From Eubacteriales bacterium (GTDB lineage: Bacteria; Bacillota; Clostridia; Oscillospirales; CAG-272): a stretch of 64,000 nt of DNA. The stretch spans positions 146,000-209,999 of the forward strand of contig JAZLLY010000016.1 of NCBI GenBank assembly GCA_045598385.1, read 5' to 3'. This document shows, one piece after another, positions 8,030 to 18,139 of this stretch; within the stretch, counting starts at the first letter, position 1; every line of letters starts with the position of its first letter. The notes beneath the pieces are model-generated. The model saw nothing but the letters and a program-made list of their open reading frames with translations, searched no databases and had not been told where the DNA came from. The translations under genes were made by a program, and so were the position numbers.

Positions 8030-8515
8030 TCAGCCGTCCACCGAAAGCAGAACTACGGCGTGGGCGGCGGCACCCTCGCCTCTGCCTGTAAAGCCGAGGG
8101 CCTCCTCGGTCGTCGCTTTGACGTTGATGCGCTCGGCAGACGTCGAAAAAGCAAATGCGATATTGTTTATCATAGCGGGAATATACGGCGCGATCTTCGG
8201 CGCCTGCAGAATGACGGTGGCGTCCACATTTACGACAGACGCCTTTTTCTTTTCCATCATTTCGCGGACAAGCGTCAGCAAATGGAGACTCGAAACATCT
8301 TTGTACCGTTCGTCGGAATCGGGGAAATGCCGTCCGATATCCCCCTCGCCGATCGCGCCGAGACAAGCGTCCATTACGGCGTGCAGAAGCACGTCGGCGT
8401 CGGAATGTCCGAGAAGTCCTTTTTCATACGGGATCTCGACGCCGCCGATGATCAATTTTCGTCCCTTCGTGAGAGCGTGGACGTCGTACCCGTGACCGAT
8501 TCTGGATTCACTCAT
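8030..8515 (-). CDS. ispF: 2-C-methyl-D-erythritol 2,4-cyclodiphosphate synthase
   Basis: [64 protein letters not shown] is the canonical IspF sequence. It overlaps the ispD stop by 8 nt. Confidence 0.95.
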   Translation of the reverse strand: MSESRIGHGYDVHALTKGRKLIIGGVEIPYEKGLLGHSDADVLLHAVMDACLGAIGEGDIGRHFPDSDERYKDVSSLHLLTLVREMMEKKKASVVNVDATVILQAPKIAPYIPAMINNIAFAFSTSAERINVKATTEEALGFTGRGEGAAAHAVVLLSVDG

Positions 8516-9206
8516 GCTCTTTTCTCACTTTCAAAACCGCTTCTGCGAGAATCAGATCTTCTGTTTTCGTGATTTTAGGATTGTAATCTTTGTTCTCAAC
8601 GGTAAATACGTCGCAGCCCGCCGCCTCAAGCAATGACGAGTCGTCTGTTACCGTAAGACCGCAAGCCGCCGCGTTCTCAAGTGCTTTTCCGTAAAGATCG
8701 CACCGGAAGATCTGCGGCGTTTGCGCCAGTCTTTGCCGTTCTCTGTCAGTCGTTTTGCAGATTCGTCCGTTTTCAACGGTTTTGACGGTATCGTCGATCG
8801 CGCCGACGAGAACGGCGGCACCGCACGTCAAGGCCTTTTTCAGGCACAAAGAAACAGCGTCGGGAGTCACGAGGCATCTCGCCGCATCGTGGATCGCCAC
8901 GAACGACGCGTCCTGCGGCAAAGCGGAAAACCCGATTTTTGCCGACTCCTGTCTCGTGCTTCCTCCTATCACGAAAGAAATCGGTATTCGGATGTTTCGG
9001 CACTCCTCTTGAGCGAAAGCCATATCTTCTTCCCGGCAGACAACGATGATCCCGGCAATTTCGGGAACAGCCGCAAAAGCGAGAACGCTTCGCAAGAGAA
9101 CGGATTTTCCTTCCAGGAGAAGTCTTTGTTTCTTTACGCTTGTCTGCATCCTCGAAGAAGTGCCTGCCGCCAGAATGACGGCGTAAACGACAGCTTGATT
9201 CTCCAT
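8508..9206 (-). CDS. ispD: 2-C-methyl-D-erythritol 4-phosphate cytidylyltransferase
   Basis: [25 protein letters not shown] and [10 protein letters not shown] are IspD motifs. It is coupled to ispF. Confidence 0.92.
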   Translation of the reverse strand: MENQAVVYAVILAAGTSSRMQTSVKKQRLLLEGKSVLLRSVLAFAAVPEIAGIIVVCREEDMAFAQEECRNIRIPISFVIGGSTRQESAKIGFSALPQDASFVAIHDAARCLVTPDAVSLCLKKALTCGAAVLVGAIDDTVKTVENGRICKTTDRERQRLAQTPQIFRCDLYGKALENAAACGLTVTDDSSLLEAAGCDVFTVENKDYNPKITKTEDLILAEAVLKVRKEHE

Positions 9207-9211
9207 ATTTC

Positions 9212-9544
9212 CTACTTTCTGTGATAAACGAAATGGACGGTATAACTTCTGTATTTTCCGTTTTCCAACGTATTCGGTCCCGAGATAATAACGCCGTCGC
9301 CGCTCATGAGCATCGCGGTCTTCACGTCATCAAGGGAACAACGAAAAAGCGTGTCCTTCTCCGAATCGACGATAAACTCGCCGTCCGCCACCGCGAGGTG
9401 ACCTCCGTGACTGACGACGTCATCGTTTCCGTCAACGCGCTCGGTCACGTAACGAACAGGAAGACCGTGCAGGGATTCTGCCCTTTTACGCGCTTCTTTT
9501 TCTTCGCGGCCGGCACCGAACCATGATAATCCCCTCAAGCCCAT
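9212..9544 (-). CDS. Hypothetical protein (110 aa), first gene of the ispDF transcription unit
   Basis: The ATG at 9544 is preceded by AAAGGAGACCGTT. The protein reads MGLRGLSWFGAGREEKEARKRAESLHGLPVRYVTERVDGNDDVVSHGGHLAVADGEFIVDSEKDTLF.... I do not recognise the family. Codon usage and RBS support coding. Confidence 0.55.
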   Translation of the reverse strand: MGLRGLSWFGAGREEKEARKRAESLHGLPVRYVTERVDGNDDVVSHGGHLAVADGEFIVDSEKDTLFRCSLDDVKTAMLMSGDGVIISGPNTLENGKYRSYTVHFVYHRK

Positions 9545-9651
9545 AACGGTCTCCTTTTTTTCTTCATTGTAACACAAAACCCCGCAAAAAGAAAGACTCT
9601 TTTGAAAAAACGGAAATTTTTACGGAAATATATTTTTATCCGTCAAAACTG

Positions 9652-9680
9652 TGGACTTTTCACCTTTTATATGATATAAT
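9652..9680 (+). promoter_or_regulatory. Candidate sigma-A promoter of lon
   Basis: TGGACT (9652..9657), a 17-nt spacer, then TATAAT (9675..9680), preceded by TGA (extended -10). Confidence 0.5.
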
Positions 9681-9711
9681 ACTTTGAATATTATTCGATA
9701 GGTTGGGCCTT

Positions 9712-12057
9712 ATGTCAGAACAAGATCAAGTAATCGTAACGCTGCCGATGCTCCCCTTGCGGGGCATGATCGCGTTTCCACACGTACAATTGAACGTTGA
9801 GATCATCCGCAACGTATCGCTCAAAGCGTTTACTGCGGCTTCCTCCGAATTCGGCGGAAAAATGCTCCTCGTCGCTCAAAAGGATATATCCGTCGAAAAT
9901 CCGAAGCCGTCTGACTTTTTCGGATTCGGCGTTCTTGCGAACGTCGTTCACGTCGTTAAGAATGCACATAACAATTTATCCGTTGTATTCGAGGGGATCC
10001 GCAGGGTCAGAATCGACAGCATCCGTCAGACCGACTCCGGCTATTTTATGGCATCGGGAACGGAAAAAACCGATCCCCACGTCTCAAGCACGACGCCGGC
10101 GATCGAGGCGCTGATGCAGGAAGTCAAAAACGCGCTTGAAAATCTCGAGACCGTTCATCCGACGTTCACCGAACAGATGAAATGCGGTGCGCTCTCCATT
10201 CCCGATCCTTACACTTTCGCGGATTTTGTCGCCGCCGCCGCGCTGATAGATTATAACAACAAACAGAGCGTACTCGAATCCCTGACGGCAAAATCCCGTC
10301 TTGAGCATCTGCTCGTCGCACTCGGCGAAGAACGTATGCTGCTCGACTGCGAGCACGAAATACAGCTTCGCGTGAGAAAGAAAATCGACGACTCGCAGAA
10401 AAATTATTTTCTTCACGAACAGATGAAAGCGATCCAGAACGAACTCGGTGAAGAAGATGAAGACGACGAGATCAGCGAATACGCCGACAAGATCGACGCG
10501 GCAAAACTGCCCGCCGACGTAGAGGACAAGCTTTACAAGGAATTGTCGAAACTCGCGAAAGCCCCCTACGGATCCGCGGAGGGGACGGTTCTTCGCACGT
10601 ATCTCGACACCGTCCTCGAATTTCCGTTCGGAAAGATCACAAGCGAAGTACCGACCGTCAAAGAAGCCGGCATCATGCTTGACGAAGATCATGACGGACT
10701 AAAGAAAGTCAAGGAGCGTATTCTCGAATTCGTTGCCGTCAAGCAATTCTCGCCCGACGTCAAGAACCAGATCCTCTGTCTGATCGGCCCTCCCGGCACC
10801 GGAAAAACCTCCGTGGCGGCGTCGATCGCCCGTGCTCTCAAAAGAAAATACGCCCGCGTCTCTCTCGGCGGTATGCACGATGAAGCCGAGATACGCGGAC
10901 ACAGAAAAACCTACGTCGGAGCCATGCCCGGCAGGATTGTGACGGCGCTTATCTCCGCAAAAGTCCAGAATCCCGTCATCGTCCTCGATGAGATCGACAA
11001 AATGGCAAACGATTTCAAAGGAGATCCGACCTCTGCGCTCCTCGAGGTTCTCGATCCGGAGCAGAACCGCTATTTCCGCGATAATTTCATGGAGATTCCG
11101 ATCGACCTCTCCGACTGTATGTTCATCGCCACGGCGAACAGCTACGACGGCATTCCCCTGCCCCTGCTCGACCGTATGGAGATCATTGAGCTTTCTACCT
11201 ACACCGACACCGAAAAAGTCAGTATCGTCAAAAATCATATTTTGCCGAAACAGTTGAAGCGGCACGGTATGAGTAAGCGCAAGTTCACGATCACCGACGA
11301 CGGCATCCGCGCATTGATCAAAGGATATACGAGAGAGGCAGGCGTCAGAAACCTGGAACGGGAGATCGCTTCCCTGATCCGCAAAGCCGCGAAAAAGATT
11401 GCCGACGGCGACGCAAAAAGCGTAAAGATCACCGAAGCGAATCTGTCCGATTATCTCGGAAAGATCAAAGTCATTCCCGAAAAACCGGAAGATACCGATC
11501 CTATCGGCGTCGTCAACGGGCTCGCTTATACGCAGTCCGGCGGCGATCTTCTGAAAGTCGAAGCCGCCGTGATGGACGGAACGGGAAAGATCGAACTGAC
11601 GGGTTCTCTCGGCGACGTCATGAAAGAATCCGCGCAGATCGCCCATTCTTACGTACGCACCGTCGCTTCCGATTACGGAATCGAAAAAGAGTTTTACAAA
11701 AACAAAGATCTGCATATCCACTTTCCCGAGGGTGCGGTTCCGAAAGACGGACCGTCGGCAGGCGTGACGGTCGTCACCGCCATCGTCAGTGCCCTCGCCG
11801 GTATCCCCGTCCGTCGCGATATTGCCATGACGGGCGAAGTGACGCTCCGAGGAAAAGTCCTCCCCATCGGCGGTCTCAAAGAAAAAACCCTCGCAGCGTA
11901 CCGCAGCGGGATCCGCTCGGTCATTCTTCCCGCGGATAACGTAAAAGACCTCGACGAAATCGACATAGAGGCGGCGAGCCATCTGCAATTCATTCCCTGC
12001 AAAACCGTCAAGGAAGTGCTGCAATGTGCTCTTTCGACAAACGCTTCCGGCGATTGA
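9712..12057 (+). CDS. lon: ATP-dependent Lon protease (LonA)
   Basis: N-terminal LPLRGMIAFPHV (Lon substrate-binding domain), Walker A GPPGTGKTS, the Lon proteolytic domain DGPSAGVTVVTAIVSAL with catalytic Ser, and MTGEVTLRGKVLPIGGLKEK. I prefer the ATG at 9712 over the TTG at 9703. Confidence 0.96.
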   Translation: MSEQDQVIVTLPMLPLRGMIAFPHVQLNVEIIRNVSLKAFTAASSEFGGKMLLVAQKDISVENPKPSDFFGFGVLANVVHVVKNAHNNLSVVFEGIRRVRIDSIRQTDSGYFMASGTEKTDPHVSSTTPAIEALMQEVKNALENLETVHPTFTEQMKCGALSIPDPYTFADFVAAAALIDYNNKQSVLESLTAKSRLEHLLVALGEERMLLDCEHEIQLRVRKKIDDSQKNYFLHEQMKAIQNELGEEDEDDEISEYADKIDAAKLPADVEDKLYKELSKLAKAPYGSAEGTVLRTYLDTVLEFPFGKITSEVPTVKEAGIMLDEDHDGLKKVKERILEFVAVKQFSPDVKNQILCLIGPPGTGKTSVAASIARALKRKYARVSLGGMHDEAEIRGHRKTYVGAMPGRIVTALISAKVQNPVIVLDEIDKMANDFKGDPTSALLEVLDPEQNRYFRDNFMEIPIDLSDCMFIATANSYDGIPLPLLDRMEIIELSTYTDTEKVSIVKNHILPKQLKRHGMSKRKFTITDDGIRALIKGYTREAGVRNLEREIASLIRKAAKKIADGDAKSVKITEANLSDYLGKIKVIPEKPEDTDPIGVVNGLAYTQSGGDLLKVEAAVMDGTGKIELTGSLGDVMKESAQIAHSYVRTVASDYGIEKEFYKNKDLHIHFPEGAVPKDGPSAGVTVVTAIVSALAGIPVRRDIAMTGEVTLRGKVLPIGGLKEKTLAAYRSGIRSVILPADNVKDLDEIDIEAASHLQFIPCKTVKEVLQCALSTNASGD

Positions 12058-12080
12058 AAAATCCAAATTAAGGAAATACT

Positions 12081-12671
12081 ATGACTATCAACTACCACAA
12101 CGCCGATATTTCCATCAGCGTCGGCAGATCCTCGCAGTTTCCGAAAGAAAAAAGACCGCAGATCGCGCTTTCCGGACGCTCCAACGTCGGGAAAAGTTCG
12201 CTTATCAACACACTTCTTGAAAGAAAATCGTTGGCGCGCGTCTCCTCCTCCCCCGGAAAGACCGTAACCATCAACTATTATCTCATCGACGGCAAGATCT
12301 ATTTCGTTGACCTGCCCGGCTACGGATTCGCCAGACGCTCGGGAGAGACAAAGCGCAGTTTTTCCGCGCTGACGGAAGATTATTTTCTGAAAAACCCTTC
12401 GGCTGACGCCCTCGCGCTTGTCATTCAGCTGATCGACTGCCGCGTCGGTCCCACCGAAGACGACGAACTGATGATCCGTTTCTTACAGGATAACGGGATT
12501 CCCTTTACCGTCGTTCTCACAAAAACCGACAAGCTGTCAAAATCCGCGAAGGAAGCCGCCGTTTCCGAATGGAAGACCAAACTGTCCCTCGACAGAGATC
12601 CGATCCCCTTTTCCTCCGTCACCAAGGAGGGAAAAGAAACGCTTTGGCGCACGATTTTCAACGTTCTGTAA
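12081..12671 (+). CDS. ysxC: Ribosome biogenesis GTP-binding protein YsxC/EngB
   Basis: [19 protein letters not shown] (G1) and FVDLPGYGFA (G3), with LTKTDKL (G4). The lon-ysxC adjacency matches Bacillus. Confidence 0.92.
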   Translation: MTINYHNADISISVGRSSQFPKEKRPQIALSGRSNVGKSSLINTLLERKSLARVSSSPGKTVTINYYLIDGKIYFVDLPGYGFARRSGETKRSFSALTEDYFLKNPSADALALVIQLIDCRVGPTEDDELMIRFLQDNGIPFTVVLTKTDKLSKSAKEAAVSEWKTKLSLDRDPIPFSSVTKEGKETLWRTIFNVL

Positions 12672-12681
12672 GGAGTTTTTC

Positions 12682-13401
12682 ATGATCGATACCGTACTCA
12701 CCGTTCTGGCGGCGCTCGTCGTCCTCACCATACACGAATACGCCCACGCGATAACGGCGTACCGGCTCGGAGATCCGACGGCAAAAAGCATCGGACGGCT
12801 CTCGCTCAATCCCTTGCGGCATCTCGATCCGATCGGTGCGCTCTGCATGGTGTTTTTCCACTTTGGGTGGGCAAAGCCCGTGCCGATCAACGCGCGATAT
12901 TTCAAGAAACCGAAGCGGGATTTTGCACTTACGGCACTCGCGGGACCGCTCTCCAACCTGATTTCCGCTTTCGTCGCCGCCTGCATTTGCCTGCTTTTTG
13001 AAAAAGCCCTCCCGCTCATTGACCCCCAAAACGGTTTTCTTTATACGTTCGTCCTTACGGCAGAATTCTTTTTCCTTTTGTTTCACCATATGTCGATCGG
13101 TATCGCCGTCTTTAACCTGATCCCGATCCCGCCTCTCGACGGCTCCCGGCTTCTGAACGCGCTTTTGCCCGACAAAACCTACTTCAAACTGATGAAGTAT
13201 GAAAAATATTTCTATTACGGTATCCTCGCGTGGTTGTTCCTCGGCAGTTTTCTTTCCGATTTATTGCTCCGCCTGACAAGCGGTATCGAATCCGCTTTGA
13301 TCAACTTCATCGCGTCCGTTTTATCCCTGGATTATCTGTTGTCTTGCGTGATCAATTTTTTGTCGGACGTTATGTTCCGTGTATTTTCTTTTATCTCTTA
13401 A
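12682..13401 (+). CDS. Site-2 protease family (peptidase M50) membrane metalloprotease
   Basis: HEYAHAITAYRLGDPTAK (HExxH) and VFNLIPIPPLDGSRLL (NxxPxxxLDG) are present, and the protein is polytopic and hydrophobic. Confidence 0.85.
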   Translation: MIDTVLTVLAALVVLTIHEYAHAITAYRLGDPTAKSIGRLSLNPLRHLDPIGALCMVFFHFGWAKPVPINARYFKKPKRDFALTALAGPLSNLISAFVAACICLLFEKALPLIDPQNGFLYTFVLTAEFFFLLFHHMSIGIAVFNLIPIPPLDGSRLLNALLPDKTYFKLMKYEKYFYYGILAWLFLGSFLSDLLLRLTSGIESALINFIASVLSLDYLLSCVINFLSDVMFRVFSFIS

Positions 13402-13416
13402 TCAAACGAGGTATTT

Positions 13417-14262
13417 ATGACAGAGTCCATCACATACCGACTCGATCAGTTTGAAGGTCCCCTCGACCTTCTTTTGACGCTGATCAACAAAAACAAAGTG
13501 AGTATCACCGATATTCCGATATCGCTCATATTCGATCAGTATATGGAATATATCGCCGAGGCAGAGCGAATGGATCTTGAGATCGCCAGCGAATTTATCG
13601 TGATGGCGAGCGAACTTATGCTTATCAAGAGCAAGATGATTCTGCCCCACGAAGAGGGAACGGGGAACGACCCGAGACGCGAGATCGCCGACGCCCTGCT
13701 CCTCTATCAGCAGGCAAAGAAAGGCGCCGAAGAACTCGGTCCGATGTATCAGGTTTATTCCGGACGTTTCGTCAAAGAGACCGACGAAGTCCCGCCGGAG
13801 CGCGGTCTTCCCCTCAACCTCAATCCCGATCTGATGATCAAGGCGCTTTCGGGCGTTCTTCGCCGTATCAAGATCGCGGAAGAGGCGAAAAAACCGTCTG
13901 AACTCGTGGATCCTCTGATCAAGCATCACGTCGTTTCGGTCGAAGACAAGATCGAGGAAATGGCGACGCTTCTCGATGAAAAAAGCGAGGTCACCCTTTA
14001 TGAACTGCTGAAGAACAGCGCCTCCCGCGCCGAACTCGTAGCAAGATTCATGGGTATCCTCGAAATGATCAAGATCCAGCGCATACACATCACCTCCGTC
14101 ACGTATCTCGAAGACGGCATCGCGGAATACGGACCGAACAACCTCGAAATGACATTTGCCCTGAATCCCCATTACGTTCCCGGCGATATTTCAAAAAGCG
14201 AGTTTGATTCCGAAACCCCCGGTGAAGAAAATATGACTGAAGACAGCGAAGAAAGAGAATAA
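13417..14262 (+). CDS. scpA: Segregation and condensation protein A
   Basis: YRLDQFEGPLDLLLTLINKNKVSITDIPISLIFDQYMEYI is the ScpA N-terminal signature. Confidence 0.93.
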   Translation: MTESITYRLDQFEGPLDLLLTLINKNKVSITDIPISLIFDQYMEYIAEAERMDLEIASEFIVMASELMLIKSKMILPHEEGTGNDPRREIADALLLYQQAKKGAEELGPMYQVYSGRFVKETDEVPPERGLPLNLNPDLMIKALSGVLRRIKIAEEAKKPSELVDPLIKHHVVSVEDKIEEMATLLDEKSEVTLYELLKNSASRAELVARFMGILEMIKIQRIHITSVTYLEDGIAEYGPNNLEMTFALNPHYVPGDISKSEFDSETPGEENMTEDSEERE

Positions 14263-14265
14263 TAC

Positions 14266-15057
14266 ATGAAAAAGCAGCTTGAAAATGTGACAGAAGAAAA
14301 CACGACCGCGAAACCCGCGGAAGAAAACGGAGCGCAGGCATCCGACGTCGCCGAAGATCTCCCGAAGCACGACATCGTTCCGGAAGAAGCCCTTGAAGCG
14401 GTGCTTTTCGCCGCCGGCCATCCCGTTTCCTACGCTACGCTCGCCAGGACTTTCAATATGACGCCGGGAGAAATCAAAAATATCGCCCACCGTTACGCGC
14501 TCGAATATAACAACACCGAGATTCCGAGAGGCGTCATTCTTCTCACTTACCCCGATTCCTGCCAGCTTTGCACGAAAGAATATTATCTCTCGGAGATCCG
14601 CGAAGCGCTCGGCATCCGGAAAAGCGGTTCTCTCTCCAATTCCTCGCTTGAGACCCTCGCGATCGTCGCGTACAATCAGCCGGTCACGAGAGTATTCGTC
14701 GATACCTTGAGACGCAGCGATTCTTCCTACGCCATGAACAACCTTCTCGACCGCGGACTGATCGAAAGCGTCGGCCGTCTCGACGTTCCCGGCCGTCCCA
14801 TGCTCTACGCCACGACGAACGACTTTTTACGTTGCTTCGGTCTGAAAGACATCGACGAACTCCCGAAAACGACAGAGGAAATCGTCGAAATGTTTGAAAA
14901 GAGCAAACACACCCGCGAAACGGAAGCCGAGCAACTCGAACTTTCGATGGAAGACGCCGTGCCTGAAACCGAAAAGAACGAAACCGAAAACGCCGTGTCC
15001 GATACCGACGCTTTTGACGAAAATGAAGCACTCGCGGAGGACGGACAGGAAATCTGA
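14266..15057 (+). CDS. scpB: SMC-Scp complex subunit ScpB (with acidic N- and C-terminal extensions)
   Basis: EALEAVLFAAGHPVSYATLA, LETLAIVAYNQPVTR, LLDRGLIESVGR and GRPMLYATTNDFLRCFGL are ScpB winged-helix motifs. About 40 aa at the N-terminus and 60 aa at the C-terminus are low-complexity acidic tails. Confidence 0.92.
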   Translation: MKKQLENVTEENTTAKPAEENGAQASDVAEDLPKHDIVPEEALEAVLFAAGHPVSYATLARTFNMTPGEIKNIAHRYALEYNNTEIPRGVILLTYPDSCQLCTKEYYLSEIREALGIRKSGSLSNSSLETLAIVAYNQPVTRVFVDTLRRSDSSYAMNNLLDRGLIESVGRLDVPGRPMLYATTNDFLRCFGLKDIDELPKTTEEIVEMFEKSKHTRETEAEQLELSMEDAVPETEKNETENAVSDTDAFDENEALAEDGQEI

Positions 15058-15068
15058 AAGGAGGACTC

Positions 15069-15617
15069 ATGCTCCCGCTGATCGCGATTCCCCTCTTTCT
15101 CATCATTCTGCTGGTCTTATCCACACCGCTGAAGCTGACGCTGAAAAAAGACGAAAACGTGATCGTTACGGTCGAAACCGTTCTCTTTTCCCTGACGATA
15201 CTCCCGCAAAAAATGCAAAAAGCCGAGAGTTCCCCGAAAGCCGCGATACAAAACGGCAAAAACGGGCATAAGCAAAACTACTTTTCTGTTTTACGTGAAA
15301 GCGGACGCGCACTTTCCGTTCTTCTCCGCAAAATTCGTTATCTCAACGTGGGATGCGACGTTTCTTTTTCCTACGAGTATCCCCTCCTCACCGGAGGCAT
15401 CTTTGCGATTCTCTGCCCTGCGCTCGTTCTTGTGCGAAACGAGATTCAAAACTTTCACGTCTTTTCTTTGCCTGTGGGAAAAGAAAAAGGCGCACTTTAT
15501 GTCTCACTTGAAATATCACTTTTCGCCGTGATTTTTGCAGCCGTGTCATTTCTTTTTCATTCTATCGCAAATTCAAAAAAGAAAGGAAAGACAAATGCCG
15601 CAGGATCCTATCAGTGA
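15069..15617 (+). CDS. Membrane protein, YtfI-like (DUF2953-type) sporulation protein candidate
   Basis: It has an N-terminal TM helix (MLPLIAIPLFLIILLVL) and a second hydrophobic region near the C-terminus. It sits directly upstream of, and overlaps, a YtfJ/GerW gene as in Bacillus ytfI-ytfJ. The family assignment rests on context and memory. Confidence 0.5.
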   Translation: MLPLIAIPLFLIILLVLSTPLKLTLKKDENVIVTVETVLFSLTILPQKMQKAESSPKAAIQNGKNGHKQNYFSVLRESGRALSVLLRKIRYLNVGCDVSFSYEYPLLTGGIFAILCPALVLVRNEIQNFHVFSLPVGKEKGALYVSLEISLFAVIFAAVSFLFHSIANSKKKGKTNAAGSYQ

Positions 15618-15978
15618 TTACGTGAGGACTTCCCTCGAAAGTGTCGGCGCTTTTACGGAGGACAACGGTCTTCTCGGCCGTCCTATTGAAACGCCGTCAG
15701 GTGTTTGCGTGATTCCCGTCTCGCAGGTGAAGATCGCTTTTGCCACCGGGAATCTCGATTTTTCTGCCAAGCGGAATATGCAGGAGAAAAACAACGGAGG
15801 GGGCGGCGGTACTATGGTAACCGTTTCTCCCATCGCTTATCTCACCGTCTCCAGGACCGGACAAACCACGTTTATCCCCGTCAACGGCGAACCTGCCGCC
15901 CGATCGGTGGATAAGATCACAGACGTGATCGAAAACGCCCCGGATATCCTCCGACGTATCAAAGAGGTTCTGTTCTGA
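15595..15978 (+). CDS. ytfJ: GerW/YtfJ family sporulation protein
   Basis: From the ATG at 15595 (RBS AAAGGAAAG) the protein reads PIETPSGVCVIPVSQVKIAFATGNLDF...GGGGGTMVTVSPIAYLTVS, typical of GerW/YtfJ. Confidence 0.8.
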   Translation: MPQDPISDYVRTSLESVGAFTEDNGLLGRPIETPSGVCVIPVSQVKIAFATGNLDFSAKRNMQEKNNGGGGGTMVTVSPIAYLTVSRTGQTTFIPVNGEPAARSVDKITDVIENAPDILRRIKEVLF

Positions 15979-16051
15979 CCTCCGATGACAGGAATTAACA
16001 GTTTTTCCTGTTGATAAATGCACATACTAACGGTAAAGGAAGGTAACTTTC

Positions 16052-16888
16052 ATGAAGCCGAACGTACGTTTGCATTTTATATTTTTACTCTTGTTTTTTC
16101 TTTTCTTCAGTTTCACTTATATCAATCTTTACGCTGAAGGAACGCCCTCGGTAAGCGCGTCCTCTGCGGCACTCTACTCAAAGGACAGAGGCACGTTTTT
16201 GTATGAAAAAGCAGCCGGGCAAAAACTCGGTATGGCAAGTACGACCAAAATGATGACCGCCGTCGTCGCGCTTGAAAACGCCGAACCCGACGAGATCGTG
16301 GAGGTGGATCCCCGCGCCGTTGGCGTCGAGGGAACCTCGCTGTATCTGAAAGCGGGAGAACGCTTTACCGTACGGGAACTGCTCTACGGATTGCTTCTGC
16401 GCAGTGCCAATGACGCCGCTCTCGCGATCGCTTACGCCGTTTGTCAGAGTGAAGACGCTTTCGTGGATCTGATGAATCGGAAAGCCGAAGCACTATCGCT
16501 CTCGGATACGCATTTTGACAATCCTCACGGTCTCGACGGAGAGACGCATTACACAACCGCGAACGATCTCGCAAAACTCGCGGCTTACGCGATTGACATT
16601 CCGGCTTTCTGCGAGATTATTTCCACAAAAAAGGCCGTGATAGGTAACGGCGACTCCACAAGAATACTGCAAAATCACAATAAACTTTTGTCACTCTACG
16701 ACGGTTGTTTCGGTGTCAAGACCGGATTTACGAAAAAATGCGGAAGATGCCTTGTCAGCGCTGCGGAAAAAGACGGGCAGACACTGATCTGCGTCACTCT
16801 CGACGCGCCAAACGACTGGAGCGATCATAAAAAATTACTGGACTACGGTTTTTCACTCGTATCCGCGCAGAGCGGTTATTCCGAGTAA
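16052..16888 (+). CDS. D-alanyl-D-alanine carboxypeptidase (peptidase S11, DacB/DacF-like)
   Basis: It has a signal peptide, SxxK (MASTTKMMT), SAND (the SxN motif) and KTGFT (the KTG motif). Confidence 0.9.
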   Translation: MKPNVRLHFIFLLLFFLFFSFTYINLYAEGTPSVSASSAALYSKDRGTFLYEKAAGQKLGMASTTKMMTAVVALENAEPDEIVEVDPRAVGVEGTSLYLKAGERFTVRELLYGLLLRSANDAALAIAYAVCQSEDAFVDLMNRKAEALSLSDTHFDNPHGLDGETHYTTANDLAKLAAYAIDIPAFCEIISTKKAVIGNGDSTRILQNHNKLLSLYDGCFGVKTGFTKKCGRCLVSAAEKDGQTLICVTLDAPNDWSDHKKLLDYGFSLVSAQSGYSE

Positions 16889-16909
16889 GACTTTGATGAC
16901 GGAGCACAT

Positions 16910-17638
16910 ATGACGATCAGATTACAAAAATGGATGGCAGACGCGGGACTCATGTCCAGACGCGCCGCGGAAGAAGAAATCAAAAACGGATTCGTGACCG
17001 TAAACGGCAGGACTGCCTCGATCGGAGACAAAGCCGATCCCGCTTGTGACACCGTCGCATACAAGGGACGCGAGGTTACGCTGAAAAAGAAAAACGATCA
17101 CGTTTATATCATGCTCAACAAACCGCGCGGCTATCTCTGTTCCACGACGGACGACAGAGGCAGAAAATGCGTCACGGAGCTGATTGAAGGCGTAAACGCG
17201 AGAATATACCCCGTCGGACGCCTTGACCTTATTTCCGAGGGTATGCTCCTGCTCACCGACGACGGTGAACTCAAGAACCGTCTGACGCATCCCGGACATC
17301 ATATTGCGAAAGTATATCGTGTCAAGGTCGCGGGCGACGTATCCGAAGAACAACTGACGGCTCTGTCATCCCCGCTCGTGATAGACGGCTATCAGATACG
17401 CCCCGTGGAAGTCTCGAAAGGACAAACCGATGAGACGGGCACCGTTCTGAAAATGACGCTTTACGAGGGACGGAACAGACAGATCCGTAAAATGTGCGAA
17501 GCCGTTCATCTGACGGTCAGGCGCCTTTCCCGTATTTCAATCGGAAATCTGAAGCTCGACGGACTTCCCGTCGGGAAATGGCGCTACCTCACGGAAAGCG
17601 AAGTCGAATATCTGAAGAAAGCGACGAATATGCGATAA
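16910..17638 (+). CDS. rluB: 23S rRNA pseudouridine synthase RluB
   Basis: An S4 domain (IRLQKWMADAGLMSRRAAEEEIKNGFVTVNG) is followed by the RsuA-family core VGRLDLISEGMLLLTDDGEL. Confidence 0.9.
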   Translation: MTIRLQKWMADAGLMSRRAAEEEIKNGFVTVNGRTASIGDKADPACDTVAYKGREVTLKKKNDHVYIMLNKPRGYLCSTTDDRGRKCVTELIEGVNARIYPVGRLDLISEGMLLLTDDGELKNRLTHPGHHIAKVYRVKVAGDVSEEQLTALSSPLVIDGYQIRPVEVSKGQTDETGTVLKMTLYEGRNRQIRKMCEAVHLTVRRLSRISIGNLKLDGLPVGKWRYLTESEVEYLKKATNMR

Positions 17639-18042
17639 TGTTCAAGATAACACCCATAAACGATCCGGTACGCCAGAACGAAGTTGCGAAGATTTGCGGT
17701 ACATACGGAAAAGAAAATGCTTTTGCGTACGAAATGATCGACGTTGAAAACGGTTCGCTTCTCGGAATGTCGCAGTTCGAGATCGGAAAAGGCGAAAGCG
17801 TTCTTTACGATCTGCGGGAAGCGCCGGGCGTCACGGATTTTGAAGCCATGTTCATCTTGGGACGTCAGACGCTCAATTTCATTGATCTTTGCGGCGTTCA
17901 CGAATGTAAAGCAAACACAGACGCGGGGAGCGAGCGTCTTTTGAAAAGCGTCGGATTCAAAAAAAGCGAGGACGGCTCCTTCATTTGCCGCACGGCGGGA
18001 ATGTTCGACGGTCATTGCGACGGAAAAACGAAAGAAATATAA
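17638..18042 (+). CDS. Hypothetical protein (134 aa), possibly GNAT-like fold
   Basis: The ATG at 17638 overlaps the rluB stop (TAATG). The protein reads MFKITPINDPVRQNEVAKICGTYGKENAFAYEMIDVENGSLLGMSQFEI.... The family was not recognised. Confidence 0.5.
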   Translation: MFKITPINDPVRQNEVAKICGTYGKENAFAYEMIDVENGSLLGMSQFEIGKGESVLYDLREAPGVTDFEAMFILGRQTLNFIDLCGVHECKANTDAGSERLLKSVGFKKSEDGSFICRTAGMFDGHCDGKTKEI

Positions 18043-18083
18043 AAAAATGCCGAAAACCCGAGAGTTTTCGGCATTTTTTCTTT
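18041..18083. terminator. Bidirectional rho-independent terminator between convergent genes
   Basis: AAAAAAA-TGCCGAAAAC-CCGAGA-GTTTTCGGCA-TTTTTT forms a 10-bp stem flanked by an A-run and a T-run. It serves the 17638..18042 gene (+) and tgt (-). Confidence 0.85.
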
Positions 18084-18139
18084 GAAGATGACAAAAAGCA
18101 AACCGTAAAGCATGACCTTTTTGCTTCTGACGGAAAATA

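Noticed and set aside
9641-9660. CtsR-like operator (GTCAAAACTGTGGAC) overlapping the lon -35
   Set aside because: Only the first heptad resembles GGTCAAA. The second repeat is not present (GTGGACT), so it does not fit the tandem heptad consensus.
10699-12066. 455-aa minus-strand ORF opposite lon; similar long shadows at 23842..25260, 28445..29404, 42570..43811, 46447..47724, 49194..50408, 29473..30402 and 63198..63926
   Set aside because: Each is antisense to a gene with a strong family signature. Such long stop-free antisense frames are expected in GC-rich coding DNA. None has an RBS, and all have low-complexity R/G/D/F-rich translations.
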